Positions 1-11,854 of a stretch of 64,000 nt of DNA are shown in pieces. The stretch lies in NCBI RefSeq assembly GCF_006345805.1, contig NC_043001.1, positions 72,974,001 to 73,038,000 of the forward strand. The letters run 5' to 3'. Position 1 is the first letter of the stretch. Every line of letters begins with the position of its first letter. The notes under the pieces are model-generated. The model ran no database searches and had not been told where the DNA came from. It saw only the letters and a program-made list of their open reading frames with translations. Origin of the DNA: Octopus sinensis. Lineage: Eukaryota. Position numbers and translations under genes: made by a program.

Positions 1-169
1 AGATTCCTAATCCCTTAAAGTTATCCCCCAATTTTTTTTCATAGTTGCTTACTGTTACCACTAGGTTTTAGTTTTCTTTCCATAACTAAGAGGAAAATTT
101 AAGTAAGATTTTTTTGCTTATGGCTTTTAGTACATCATTGGCTAGATTTGTACCATTGGGCCATTTTTA

Positions 170-475
170 TTAGCTCATTTTTAATAGACATTTTGTTACC
201 TTATTGGTAACTTGTTGGTTTATGTACACCCACTCATAGACAAGTTATAACCTTAATGATTTATATACATCCACTTATAATCATTTTACAACATTGTTAG
301 TTTATTTGCACTCAGTCATATACATTCAGTAAATTTGTTGGTTTATATACACCCACTCATAAGCATTCTATAAAGCACTCGATCATAGACATTTCTTCAC
401 CACACTGGTTTATACACACCTACTCAAAGACATTTTATAACCTTATTGGTTTATACACATCCAGCCATAGACATT
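170..475. repeat. degenerate ~40-bp minisatellite, 6-7 units
   Basis: Recurrent unit TTGGTTTATAYACACCCACTCATAGACATT at about 216, 256, 297, 339, 405 and 447. Confidence 0.7.
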
Positions 476-589
476 GCAGCTATCTCAGCATTATAGCCTC
501 TACCAGGAACTAATTACTTACACACACACTATCATTATGTTCTTGTATGAAACAGTGTTAGATGGAGGGATAGATGTTATTGACCAATC

Positions 590-810
590 AGAATGGCAGT
601 GAATTAGCAGAATCATTTGAACATCAGATAGAATGCCTGTTTGTGTTTGGTTATGTACCTTTATGAGTTCAGATCCTACTGAAATCAGTTATGCCTTTCA
701 TCCTTTGGTAGTTGACTATATAAAGTATCAGTTAAATACTGGGGGTTAAGTGTAATCCATTGTACCCTCCTCCTGAATATGGTGCCTTATGCCAATTTTT
801 AAAATTGATA
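590..810 (+). mobile_element. decayed tRNA-derived SINE (family B)
   Basis: GAGTTCAGATCC B-box-like motif followed by GCCTTTCATCCTTT...AAGTATCAGTT...CTGGGG, as in the copy at 62046-62255. Confidence 0.6.
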
Positions 811-1146
811 TTGGGCTTTGAGTAGTTGTATCAGAATCTCTGTACTCTAATGTCCTATTTAGCTGGAGTTTAGTCTCATATCCTCTTAACTACACAAGTG
901 TTTTACCCAAGAACACAGCACAAAGCACTTCATTTCATGCTCCTTAAGTCTACTCAGCTGAAAATTAGTAGCAGCAACTGCTGGAGGTTAATCCTGTAAA
1001 GGACTGGTGTCTTGTTAAAGGGTGGGTAATATTGTTCTTTCCATCACTTAAGACACCATGTAAAATGGGACAAGCTCTGACCCTGTGAAGTTGTACATTC
1101 ATGGCAGGCCTAAGACCAGTCTGGATAGAGATTGTCAGTCACTACA

Positions 1147-2560
1147 CATTTTGTTGGTCACCAGCATGAATACAATATTTCAACTAAAGAATAAGTATAA
1201 AATTACATGGATGCACCCTGGTTCTAAGAAATGGCATCTTATAGATTACATGCTCACCAAGAAACGAGACACTAGGGACTTTGCTGTTGTAAGAGTGATG
1301 CATGGTGCAAAGTGCTGGACTGACCACAGGCTGTTGCGTGCCAAGGTGAATTTTGTTGTCAAGCCTAAGGTTAGAGCAAATAATAAGTTACCTAAACGGA
1401 TTAATGTCGATTATCTTAAGATTCCGTCTGTACACAATGAGTTTGTGAGTGAGATAAATAATTTGTCCTGTGATGGCAGTTGGAAGTCATTCAAAGAAAG
1501 AGTATACAAGGTTTGTAGTAACATTCTTGGCTTTGCTGTAAAAAAATACCAGGATTGGTTTGACAATAACAATGAAAAAGTTAGTCTTATCTTAGAGGAG
1601 AAGCAAAAGGCATTTAACATGTTGCAAAATGTTGACATGTCAGCGAACAGGACATTGGCTACCTAATTCAAGGCAGTAAAAGCAACAGTGAGGATGATGC
1701 ATGAAAATTTGGTGGAGTGATAGATGCAATGAAATCCAAGAAGCTTCAAATGCTAACAATTCCAAACTTTTTTACTCTCTCTTGAAAAAAGTTTATGGAC
1801 CAGTTTCATCAAAGGTTGCACCACTTCGGAACAAGGATGGCACAGAATTATTAACAAATCCTAAGGATATTGTTGGGAGATGGAAAGAACATTTTGATGA
1901 GTTGCTCAATAGACCCACTGAAGTTGACCTCTCTTTCCTTGATAATATACCTGAAAGACCAATAAAACATGTTATAGCAGAAATTCCAAACCTGACTGAA
2001 ATAAAAGCAGCGATCAGGAAATTGAACAATGGAAAGGCCCCTGGTATGAATGAACTAGGTGCAGAGATATATAAATATGGTGGCGATCATTTCTGTACAT
2101 GTTGAAGGGTGTGATTCTGAGGGTTTGGCAAAGTGAAGAGGTTCCTCCGGATTGGCATGATGCAACTATGGAGATACTTTATAAATCTAAAGCTGGAAAG
2201 GTTGTCTGTGATAATTATCATGGCATCTGTCTGTTAGCTGTTGCTGGAAAGGCCCTTTGTTGGGTAATGCTGGACAGATTGCTTCTGCACATTGCTGATG
2301 ATGTTCTACCAGAATCTCAATGTGGGTTTAGATGGAGGTCTGAAACGACACATTAAGAGAGTGCATATAGTGGAAACTGTTTCTCCTGCCAGCAAGCAAA
2401 GTTGTGCAGTATGTAATAAAATGTGTAAAAGTTTGGCTGGGCTTAAAAGTCATATAAGGGCATCACATGGCATCAATAATGAATCATTTCAGTAAGTCTT
2501 TTTGGCAATGGCTTTCCTCATGTAACGAGGGTGCAGCTATGATGTATGTATGCATGTATC
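1147..2560 (+). mobile_element. RTE-clade LINE remnant: APE C-terminus, RT N-terminus, internal deletion, C-terminal C2H2 zinc finger, (TATG)n tail
   Basis: ORFs 1085-1666 (TWMHPGSKKWHLIDY...CWTDHRL), 1701-2105 (RWKEHFDELLN, KAPG) and 2099-2356 (LPESQCGFR), then CAVCNKMCKSLAGLKSHIRASH; interrupted by stops and frameshifts. Confidence 0.9.
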
Positions 2561-2572
2561 TATCTATATTTG

Positions 2573-2625
<53 letters not shown>

Positions 2626-2922
2626 TTCAACAGGGGTCTGGCAGTGTTTCTACAGCTGGATGCCCTTCCTAACGCCAATCACTCCGTGAATGTAGTGGGT
2701 GCTTTTTACGTGCCACCTACATATACATACATATACACAAATATGTTTGTATTCCATGCCTTAATTTTTGAATATATATAAATTAAGCAAACTGTCAGCA
2801 GTTTGAAGTGTTATGAAAATACTTGTAGTGAATTAATGTTGAGTATAAAAGTTGTGAAATCTGGACATTTAATATGTTAGCTGTAATAAACACACTTTCA
2901 CTGAAGTTGATGGATGTATATA

Positions 2923-2988
<66 letters not shown>

Positions 2989-3919
2989 TTGATATTATCG
3001 AGAGATTGAAATATTATAAACTTGACATATTCATCTAGAGAATATCTTTTATTGTTACAATTACATTGTGCCAGTCATTGAAGCCACTAAAACCGCTCAT
3101 TCATTGTTATATCCACTTCTATTAATATTATTATTTTATAATAATAATATTTTATTAGGTAGCCACAGGGAAGTATGGTGTCAATAACTGGGTCATAGAT
3201 TTATGATAGAAGTCTTTGATATCGAATATATTATCATCATTGCTATTATTACCCAATAAAGAAATTATTATTATCAAATAAGAGTGATGGTTTAGCAGAG
3301 TTGTTAGTGTTGGGGGAAAAAATGTTCTGTTGCATTTGTTTCAGCTCTTCACATTGTGAGATCAAAACCTGCCAAGGTTAATTTTGCCTTTCATCACTCC
3401 TGGGTTGGCAAAATAAACTATCAGTCAATTTACTTATCACTTGTTTCCAGTTAGAAATTTTTATAATCAAAAAATACTAAACTAAAGTAAATATACCAGT
3501 ATCAGGTGTACATGTTTGTGTATGTATGTATATATATATATATTTCTATGTAGCTGTGTGTATACATGTCTGTTGTAATGATAATAATAGTAAAGTGCTA
3601 ATTGTATACAGAGCTCTGGTGCACTACTGTCAAGAAAAAGGTTAAAAGAAGGGTCAGAAAACAGCAGTAAGTTAAGTAAAGAAAGACAGCTATGAAAGCT
3701 AAAAGTACATGCACAGTACCACAGAATAAAACAGAAACAGGAAAGAGAAAAGTGAAAGTGTCATAAAGAGGAAAGGTGCATAAGCCTTGGTGTTGGGGGA
3801 TTTGGGATGCATGGAATTTTTGGAGGTTGCAGTGTCTTGTTACACTTAACAACTGACATTGGTAGTTTATTCCATGCTTCAAAAATTCTGACCATGAAAA
3901 AATGTTTCCAAAAGACATG

Positions 3920-4386
3920 GGTACTGTTTGGGAAATGTATGGAAAGGGTAGACCCAAAGAGATGTGGGACAAAATGGTGAGAAAAGATCTTCAGATGTTG
4001 GGCCTTCAGAGGGGATGACAAGGGACTGAGGCTTCTGGAGATTTGCTGTGCTTAAGAAGGCATGTCAAGCTAAGTAAACTCATGGCTGTCCTTGCATATA
4101 GGCATGTCCCCTACATCCCTCCACAACTGAGTGATCTTAATCTTGTGAGCTCATGGGTGCTGATACCAGGTAAAAGGCATCCATTCTGGTTCCACATAAA
4201 AGTGTCTAAGCCAGTGCTATGTAAAAGCACTCAATATACTCTGTAAAGTGGTTGGCATTAGGAAGGGTATCCAGTCATAGAAACCATGCCAAAACAGATG
4301 TGGAACCCAAGCAGCTCTTCAGCTGGCTTGCTCCCATCAAACTGTCCAACCCATGCCAGCATAGAAAACAGATGTTAAATGATGAT

Positions 4387-4390
<4 letters not shown>
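3920..4390 (+). mobile_element. 3' fragment of the abundant RTE-type LINE with (GAT)n tail
   Basis: Translates as GKGRPKEMWDKMVRKDLQMLGL; 3' end CCATGCCAGCAT...GTTAAATGATGAT matches 12980-13029. Confidence 0.75.
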
Positions 4391-4430
<40 letters not shown>

Positions 4431-4579
4431 GGTTTAAGTAATTGAGATTCAAGTGAGTTCTAATGAATTCACATGAATATGGTCCTTAACTAGGATGCAC
4501 CGGAAATCTATATGGTGTTAACCATACGACAAGTGGGGTGATTACAAATAGGAAAAAAGCAACAAGAATGGGTTAAATA

Positions 4580-4663
4580 TCGGTACAATTGTTTCGTACG
4601 AGGACATCTTTAATAAGCTACAAAAAATACAGTAAATATAGATGGCTCGTACTCGTCAGCCGA
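4580..4663 (-). ncRNA. type-I hammerhead ribozyme, canonical intact core
   Basis: Minus strand: UCGG-CUGACGA-GUACGAG...CUCGUAC-GAA-ACAAUUGU-A-CCGA. Helix I 4 bp, helix II 7 bp, palindromic helix III, GUA triplet. Confidence 0.88.
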
Positions 4664-5009
4664 AAAAATATCAGAGATTCCCAAACATCAAAAGGGGTAG
4701 ATGCAAATGAGGGTGTGAGTTTAACTGCATTGAAGAAAGTTCGATTCCTGGAGATCTGATGAAAGGTCTTAAACTTACAGAATATGTGCATGTCCATATA
4801 TAGTTCATAGTGAATTTCGCACGATTGTATCCAAAATTTCTTCACATAACTTGATTAACAATTCACTATGAACTATATATGGACATGCACATATTCTGTA
4901 AGTTCAAGACCTTTCATCGGATCTCCAGGAATCGAACTTTCTTCAATGCAGTTAAACTCACACCCTCATTTGTATCTACCCCTTTTGATGTTTGGGAATC
5001 TCTATTTTT

Positions 5010-5093
5010 TCGGCTGACGAGTACGAGCCATCTATATTTACTGCATTTTTTGTAGCTTATTAAAGATGTCCTCGTACAAAACAATTGTACCGA
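5010..5093 (+). ncRNA. hammerhead ribozyme, inverted copy with G12A
   Basis: TCGG CTGACGA GTACGAG...CTCGTAC AAA ACAATTGT A CCGA; G12 is replaced by A at 5078, a CpG-type change. Confidence 0.75.
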
Positions 5094-5895
5094 TATTTTA
5101 ACCCATTCTTGTAGCTTTTTTCCTATATATATATATATATATAAAAATAAAAGCATGACTATGGGTGGTACAGGTTATTGCAAAGATGATGGATATTCTT
5201 ATAGGATTCTAGTGAGTTAGTTGCTAGATGTGAAAACTTTAATGTGTCAATGCCCAGAGGAGCAAAACATTCAAGATATAGTAACTGAGAGAGAGAGTAT
5301 TTTCTGGCTGCATATCTCTGGACAGCTTCTGAAAGATTGATAGTATGGACAAGATGGGGAGGTGGGGTCCAGACTAGAGATACAAACTGTATGATGGGTA
5401 TACTACAAAATGTGTATATGTATGTATGTACTTAGTGCAGTAGATGATGAAGAAATATACAGCATATCATTATGTATTAAGTCTCAGTGTGAAATCAGGT
5501 TCCATGAAAACTGTCAGCAGCTGCTGAAGATGAATGTCAAACTGATTGATTTCATTGTTAGACAGCTAACCATTCCAAACTGCTAAAATGTTTGCCATGA
5601 GGAACAGTTTCACAGCAACACTAAATACATATGGATATGATATGTGTATGCATGCATATGTGTGTTTGTGTATATTTTATCCACACTGTATTGGTTCTTT
5701 TGTAATTAATGCCAAGGGCCAACCCTGTACTGTTATGTACGTGAAGTTGTGTCAGACACAAGATTTGTTTATATTTCATTAAGCAACCTTCAGATACAAT
5801 TATTAACAGTCTAAGGGAAGGTGAGTGAATTGTAACCAGTCCAATTTGATATTGCCCAAAATACACCAACAGGGACTTGATTTGCAGCAAAACTT

Positions 5896-5949
<54 letters not shown>

Positions 5950-6236
5950 CATCCTTTTAACATCCACTTTTCCATGCTCACATGGGTTGGGCAAAATTTT
6001 GTTAAGGCAGATTTTCCTGTCAACTACTTTTCCTGTCACCATCCTTCACTTGTTTCTAACAAAAGTAATATTTTCCCATGGCCAGGAATGTTTTCACAGA
6101 AGATTGGAAATGGAGAACACTGCTTGACAATTACACTCATTTACAACTATTTTGTGTGGTCAACACAAGGAGACACTAAGACATTCACACATATATACAG
6201 GTGCACACATGCACATATTTGTGTGTGTGTGTGTGC

Positions 6237-6292
<56 letters not shown>

Positions 6293-6925
6293 TGGCTGTC
6301 TGCTCATTGCAGTGCTTGACCTCTTTTAGTACCTATAATTGCTTTATTCCTCACATGAGATCTAAAATTACTTTTGAGCCCTGATGAGTTGATTACATAT
6401 ATTGCAGCAATGTCTCATTTTAGCATTTGCTCTATTTTCTGCTTGTTTATCATGAATGTTTCTGCTTCAATCCCTCATGTGACTAAATGCACACACATCT
6501 GTTCTACCAAATCCACTCACAAAACTTTTCTGATCTGCCTGGGACTTTAATAGAAGACATGTGCATAGGTGCAATGCATTGGAAGTCAATCTGAAACCAG
6601 GTGGTTGGGAAGTGTATGTGCTCACACACACACAAAATCATCATCATCATTTAACACCATTGTCCATATTGGCATGAGTTTGACAGTTTGACCAAGGCTA
6701 GCAAGCTGAGGGGCTGCACCAAACTCCAGTCTGATTTGGCATGGTTTCTACAGGTGGATGCCCTCCTAACACCAACCACTCCAAGAGTGTAATGGGTGCT
6801 CTTGCATGCCACCTGCATGAGCCATGACTGTTTTTACTTGGCTCGATGGGTCTTCTACTCAAAGACGGCATATTGTCAAAGGTCTCAGTCTCATGCTTGA
6901 AAGGTGCTTTTATGTGCCACCAGCA

Positions 6926-6993
<68 letters not shown>

Positions 6994-7378
6994 TACACAC
7001 ACACACACACATTGTGCAAATATCTGCTTAGCTTTCCATGTGTCTCTATCTGTGCATTTATCTATGTGTTTATGCCTATCTCTTTATTAATATTTCAATT
7101 CCCATATGTGTTTAATACCATTAAGAAATACTTGAATAGAAAGACAGCTGTGACTAGTTGATAAAATCTGACTCACCAACCTCTATCATTGTTTTTGATC
7201 TTCACATCTCCATTTACCCTTTCTCTTATACACCTCTTCTTACTCTTTCTATATTATCTCACTTCCCAAGTCCTAAACAAAATAATTTTACCACATCTTG
7301 TTCGCCAAAACTGATACTATATTCTAGTACTTCTCACCTCTATTTGTTTTACCAACCAATTTTGGCCTACTGATACTT

Positions 7379-7605
7379 ATCCCTCTTGTTACCATATTTC
7401 TGTTAAAATTCACTGGTTTTGTTTCAAATAATTTAGAAAATTTTGAAGAATTTTGTCAAATTACTTTGTCTTTATTAAACTGGTCTTTGTAAACTGAATT
7501 ACTATGGAATTTTAATGAGAAGATTTTAATTACATCACATTAGAATGGGAATTTTGATCATAGAACCAGGGGTGGTTTCAAGCGGGTTTGTATGAAAAAG
7601 GCTAA
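7379..7605 (+). mobile_element. decayed piggyBac-like MITE
   Basis: Same sequence as 22984-23548 (CCCTCTTGTTACCATATTTCTGTT...CATAGAACCAGG...AAAAGGCTAA). Confidence 0.55.
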
Positions 7606-8523
7606 ACAGATCAGTGATTTCATTAGTGTATTTGGAGTGGAATGGAGACTACAAAAGTAGATGACACTGTACCTTCTAATTTCATTAACATTTCTTTTTA
7701 TTAAAATTAACTCTTTGCAAAGTTCTCAATTTCTATACATGTGACTCCTGGTGTCCACCAGTAGAACTAATCTGCAAGGTTGAGTTTTAGAACTAAAAAC
7801 TGTTAATGTTTAAAGTGTTTATTTTTCTGCATCACTGATTGTTGTATTGCTGATTAGATGCATTATAAGGACATTTGATATACATAATTGGTAGAGCATT
7901 GGTTAAAATGTCTTGTAGCTTTTGCTTACATCCATTTATATTTCTGTGTTCTTCAAAATCTGTCCTTGTTGACTTTGCCTTTCACCCTTTCAAAAATCAA
8001 AATAAATTTTGATGTACAAGTATTCGATTTAATATAATCAATTGTAACTTGAAAGACTGTACCTCAGCATGGCCACAGTCCTGTGACTGAAGCAAGTGAA
8101 AATAAATATATATATGTATATATACAAGATGCAGCATATACATTTACCCATCATTTAAACAATAATTTACCCACTATTCAAACCTAAATGGAAACATTCT
8201 TATTCACAAAATAATTTCAAATGTACACTAACACTAACATTCTTTTGTTTTATTGTTTATCCTTAATTAAATATGGAAGCTCAAACAAAATGGGAACAAG
8301 TTATAACATTAAAAACAGCTGGTTTTGTAAGGTGATAAAATAGCTGAGGGAAGATTAAGGTCTATGGTAAAAGCAAAAGGTGACCACTTTGAATTGTAAA
8401 TATATGTAAAATATTGTCAATAAATATAACAATCAACCTAAAATTTTTGATTTTATAATAAAATGAGTAATGAATAAATATGTTTATCACACATGTGCAT
8501 GTGTGTGTCATATATTTTTAAAA

Positions 8524-8822
8524 TTCTTATACAAGAATGTTATTAACAGTCACTTCAAAATTTTGGCCAATTAAGCCATCATCAGACTGCAATGCATTAG
8601 AATTAGGTTTGCATTTATAAGGTCTCTGTTGAATTAAAATCATCTGACTCTAATGTATCGCAGTCCAATGATGGCTTAACTGGCTGAAACTTTGAAGTCA
8701 CTGTCAACAACATTCTTGTGTAAGAACAATAAATTTCTACTGTACAAAAGTATAGAGTATCCCATCAGATTAATGTAAAATTGGTTTTATTACAACTGAA
8801 CATAAAATCAAACATTAATATT
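8524..8822 (+). mobile_element. short fold-back element with a decayed hammerhead in both arms
   Basis: Inverted arms ~8524-8608 and ~8642-8726; the right arm is followed by AATAAA and a probable unpaired tail (right boundary approximate). Confidence 0.7.
8660..8704 (+). ncRNA. decayed type-I hammerhead ribozyme
   Basis: CAGT-CCAATGA-T-GGCT TAACT GGCT-GAA-ACTTTGAAGT-C-ACTG. The partner arm (8547-8590, minus) keeps CUGAUGA. Helix I CAGT/ACTG, GUC triplet. Confidence 0.65.
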
Positions 8823-9729
8823 ACACACACACATAAAATGTGTGCATATGAAAATGTATGGACTAGAGGTTAGAGTATTCAGCTCACAAAGCTCATAAAA
8901 TCTTTGGTTCAATTAGGAGACATGACATGGCACTCAGTCCAATAATAACCCATTATTAATGTTGTCACAGTTGTAATAGTAACACCAATGTGTAAATTAT
9001 CATAAATTATCAACATTGTGACTGGAGTTAGAGAAACTGTGATAAGACATTATTCCAGTCTACTTAGTTGTAAATGAGCAATAGTTAAGTGTTGGTGCTG
9101 TCCTCTCTTCTGCCAGTGTTACATTCTGCTGTGTCAAGTGTGGAAGGGCTGAGAGGAGTAATGTGTCTGCCCACGACTACTTTGGCACTTAAGACAATCA
9201 GCAAAAGCATGATACAAACTACCACATCATGCTTGCTTGCGAGTTACAGCTAAGCTTTAGAATTATGTCTGTGTGTGTGTGAGTGGGGGGGGGATAGATG
9301 TATGCATAAAGACCAGCATCTCAAATTTTATTGAAACTCATTACTTATGAATTAAATTAGTTTTTTTCTGAATTTGTTTGTAGTCTTTTGTTTTTCTTTT
9401 ATTTATGTTTACTGCAGACTATTTGAAAAGGTTTTAATTCATTCTTTTTTCTTTCTCTTCAATTTTAGGTAAGCCGTGTTATAGAATTTGTCTTGGGGAT
9501 TTTGGTAAGGATCTTTGTTTCCTAGTTTCGTTTATTTTCAGTGTTCAAATTAAAAAGGGCAAAAAGAAAGGAGAAAAAATAGGGGGAGGGGACTTGCTCC
9601 TGTATGAATTTCTATGATTGTTTACTTTCGTTAGTATTTGGAATGTGATTTAATTATTTTCTTTGTCCTATATTGTATTTATTTTTTTCCTTTTTTTATC
9701 TTCTAAACTATTTGAGTAAAACAACATAT

Positions 9730-10075
9730 ATATGTGTGTGTGTAGAGAGAGAAATGAACTTGTGTGTTTTGTGTGTGTTTGTACATTTACGCACACACAT
9801 TTGGACATATACACATACATACTTATAAACATACATATTCATGTATACATTTACAGACATACATTTGCATGCATTTTATGCATATACACATACATACACA
9901 CATATTTACATGCACATATGCACACATACATACATACATACATTCACGCTTATATGTGTGTACATTTGTACACGTTTATGCACTCTCACATACTTATATA
10001 TGTTTACATGTGCATACACACCTATACACACATTTATATAGACAGATGAATGTGTTTATGCTTACACACATGCAA
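9730..10075. repeat. cryptic (CA)/(CATA) low-complexity tract
   Basis: Degenerate ACAT/ACAC repeats that generate spurious H/T/Y/I-rich ORFs. Confidence 0.8.
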
Positions 10076-10244
10076 ATTTTCCTTATATTTATATATACTT
10101 AAGCATGCTTGCATGCGATCATAATATCAAGTTGCATGTGGCCTGACCAATACTGACCACAATCTAAGATTTTCATGTGTGTTAGTGTGTATACGACCAT
10201 GCATCTGTGTGTGTATAATTATATATGTGTATTTGCATGCGTAT

Positions 10245-11230
10245 TCAATATGATCTTCGAATTTTAGGCCTCACAGAGGTGACAACTAATGACAGAGACC
10301 TTTGGCAATATGCTGTGCTTGATAAGACTCATCATGTAAATAGCACCAATGAAATTGTAATCATGGCTGTTGCCAGCAGCATGATCGTCAAAATGATCAT
10401 TGAATATTGGGCCTCACAGAGGCGAGGGACGAGGTGGTAAAGCATGATCCTGGAATGTTGAGCCTCACGGAGGCAATGACAAGTGAGTGAGACCTTGGTG
10501 ATATGTTGTGCTTGAGAAGACTCATCAAACCAAGTGAAACCATAGTCGTGACTGATGCCAGTGTCAAGTAAATGGCACCTATGAAATTGTAGTCTTGGCC
10601 ATTTTTGGTGGCATGTAAAGAAGTGCCAGCTGTAAGAAACCATGCCAAATCAGACTGGAACCTGGTGCAACTCTCCAGCTTACCAATTCCAGTCAAACCA
10701 GCATGGGAAGCAGATGTTAAATGATGATGATGATGACGATTGTGATCATCATCATCCTTTAAGATTCGTTTTCCATGCTGGACAGTTTGACCAGAGCTGG
10801 CAAGCTGGAGAGCGGCTCCAGGTTCCAGTCTGATTTAGCTTGGTTTCTACAGTTTGATGCCCTTCCTGATGCCAACCACTTTACAACATGTGCTAGGTGC
10901 TTCTAACATGGCACCACCACAAGTGCTTTTCATGTGACATCAGTACAGGACTCTTGCAGGCCAATCTTTTTCACTAGATGGTGTGGACTTAATATTTCTG
11001 CTGTGGAGTACAGGTCCTCTTGAGTACAGCAAGGCACCCATCTGAAAAGTTCAGTGTTCTTAGGTTGTCCTTCAGTATCTCATCCCATATTTTCCTAGGT
11101 CTCCTTTTCCATGAGTTCCATCCACTTTGAGCGAACGGCACATCACATGGCCAAATCAGTGTACACTGCATCTAATTCCTCTTATGCCTATCTTCTCTCT
11201 CAATACACTAACACTCTGTTGCACATATGC
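10245..11230. mobile_element. two tail-to-tail 3' fragments of the RTE-type LINE
   Basis: Plus copy 10245-10740 (with an internally duplicated GATCTTCGA...GGCCTCAC...GAGACC segment) ends in (GAT)n; minus copy from about 10746 starts with (CAT)n and encodes RRPRKIWDEILKDNLRTL. Confidence 0.7.
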
Positions 11231-11854
11231 ACACACCCTAATAGTGAAATAAAACTCAGAGTAAATGTACCCTAAGTATTCACAAGTACATTACAAGTAT
11301 CAAATTCACTACAATTTCTACAGTTTTTCCACCTTGTCATCACAGTTTCTCTAACTCATTCATGTTGTTGATTATTCACAAACTGGTGTTAGTTTTACAT
11401 TTGTTACAATGTTAGCAGGAAATCTAAAACAGTTCCATATACTAAAGCATGTGTGTATTAGACCATGATTAGGAGAGTAGTGTAATGGTAATGGAGCATG
11501 GGTGATAATGGAACTGTTATAGGTTCAAATCTTGGATGTGTATACACACACGCACACACATGCACATATACATATATAGGATAACATTATGCCGTAAAAT
11601 GCATTAAGTATTTTTTGTAATTTTCAGACACCTTAAACTCATAAGAGTGAAACCAGTTTGTGAGCCAAAGCATAACTAGACCTTGCAGGCCAGATCAGGA
11701 TGATTTTTTGACCATGCTGGTTTAAAAGGTTTGTCTGGTAAGCTGGAGAGCTGCACCAAACTCCACTATTTTTTGGCTTGGTTTCTATGGCTTGATGCCC
11801 TTCCCAATGTCAACCACTCCATAGAGTTAACTTTATTAACAATAAAAAATGGAA

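Larger units (their letters stand above)
4430..5126 (-). mobile_element. fold-back element in (TA)n, Penelope-like inverted pLTR architecture
   Basis: Near-identical inverted arms 4548-4816 and 4860-5126, 43-bp spacer, unpaired extension 4430-4547, (TA)n on both sides, hammerhead motif in each arm. Confidence 0.8.

Noticed and set aside
2983-3120. TA-adjacent unique segment as another hammerhead element
   Set aside because: Only a vague AAAACCGCTC resemblance; I could not assemble a core with three helices on either strand.
4756-4780. CTGATGA on the plus strand of the fold-back arm
   Set aside because: No GAAA, helix III or helix I partner follows, and the mirror arm reads CCGATGA; likely coincidental.
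4548-5126. Fold-backs as classical DNA-transposon MITEs
   Set aside because: Arms are asymmetric (one has an unpaired extension), lack superfamily-type terminal motifs and contain ribozyme cores, which fits a retroelement origin better; not formally excluded.
5524-5550. CTGAAGATGAATGTCAAAC hammerhead-like string
   Set aside because: G12 is missing and there is no consistent helix I or III.
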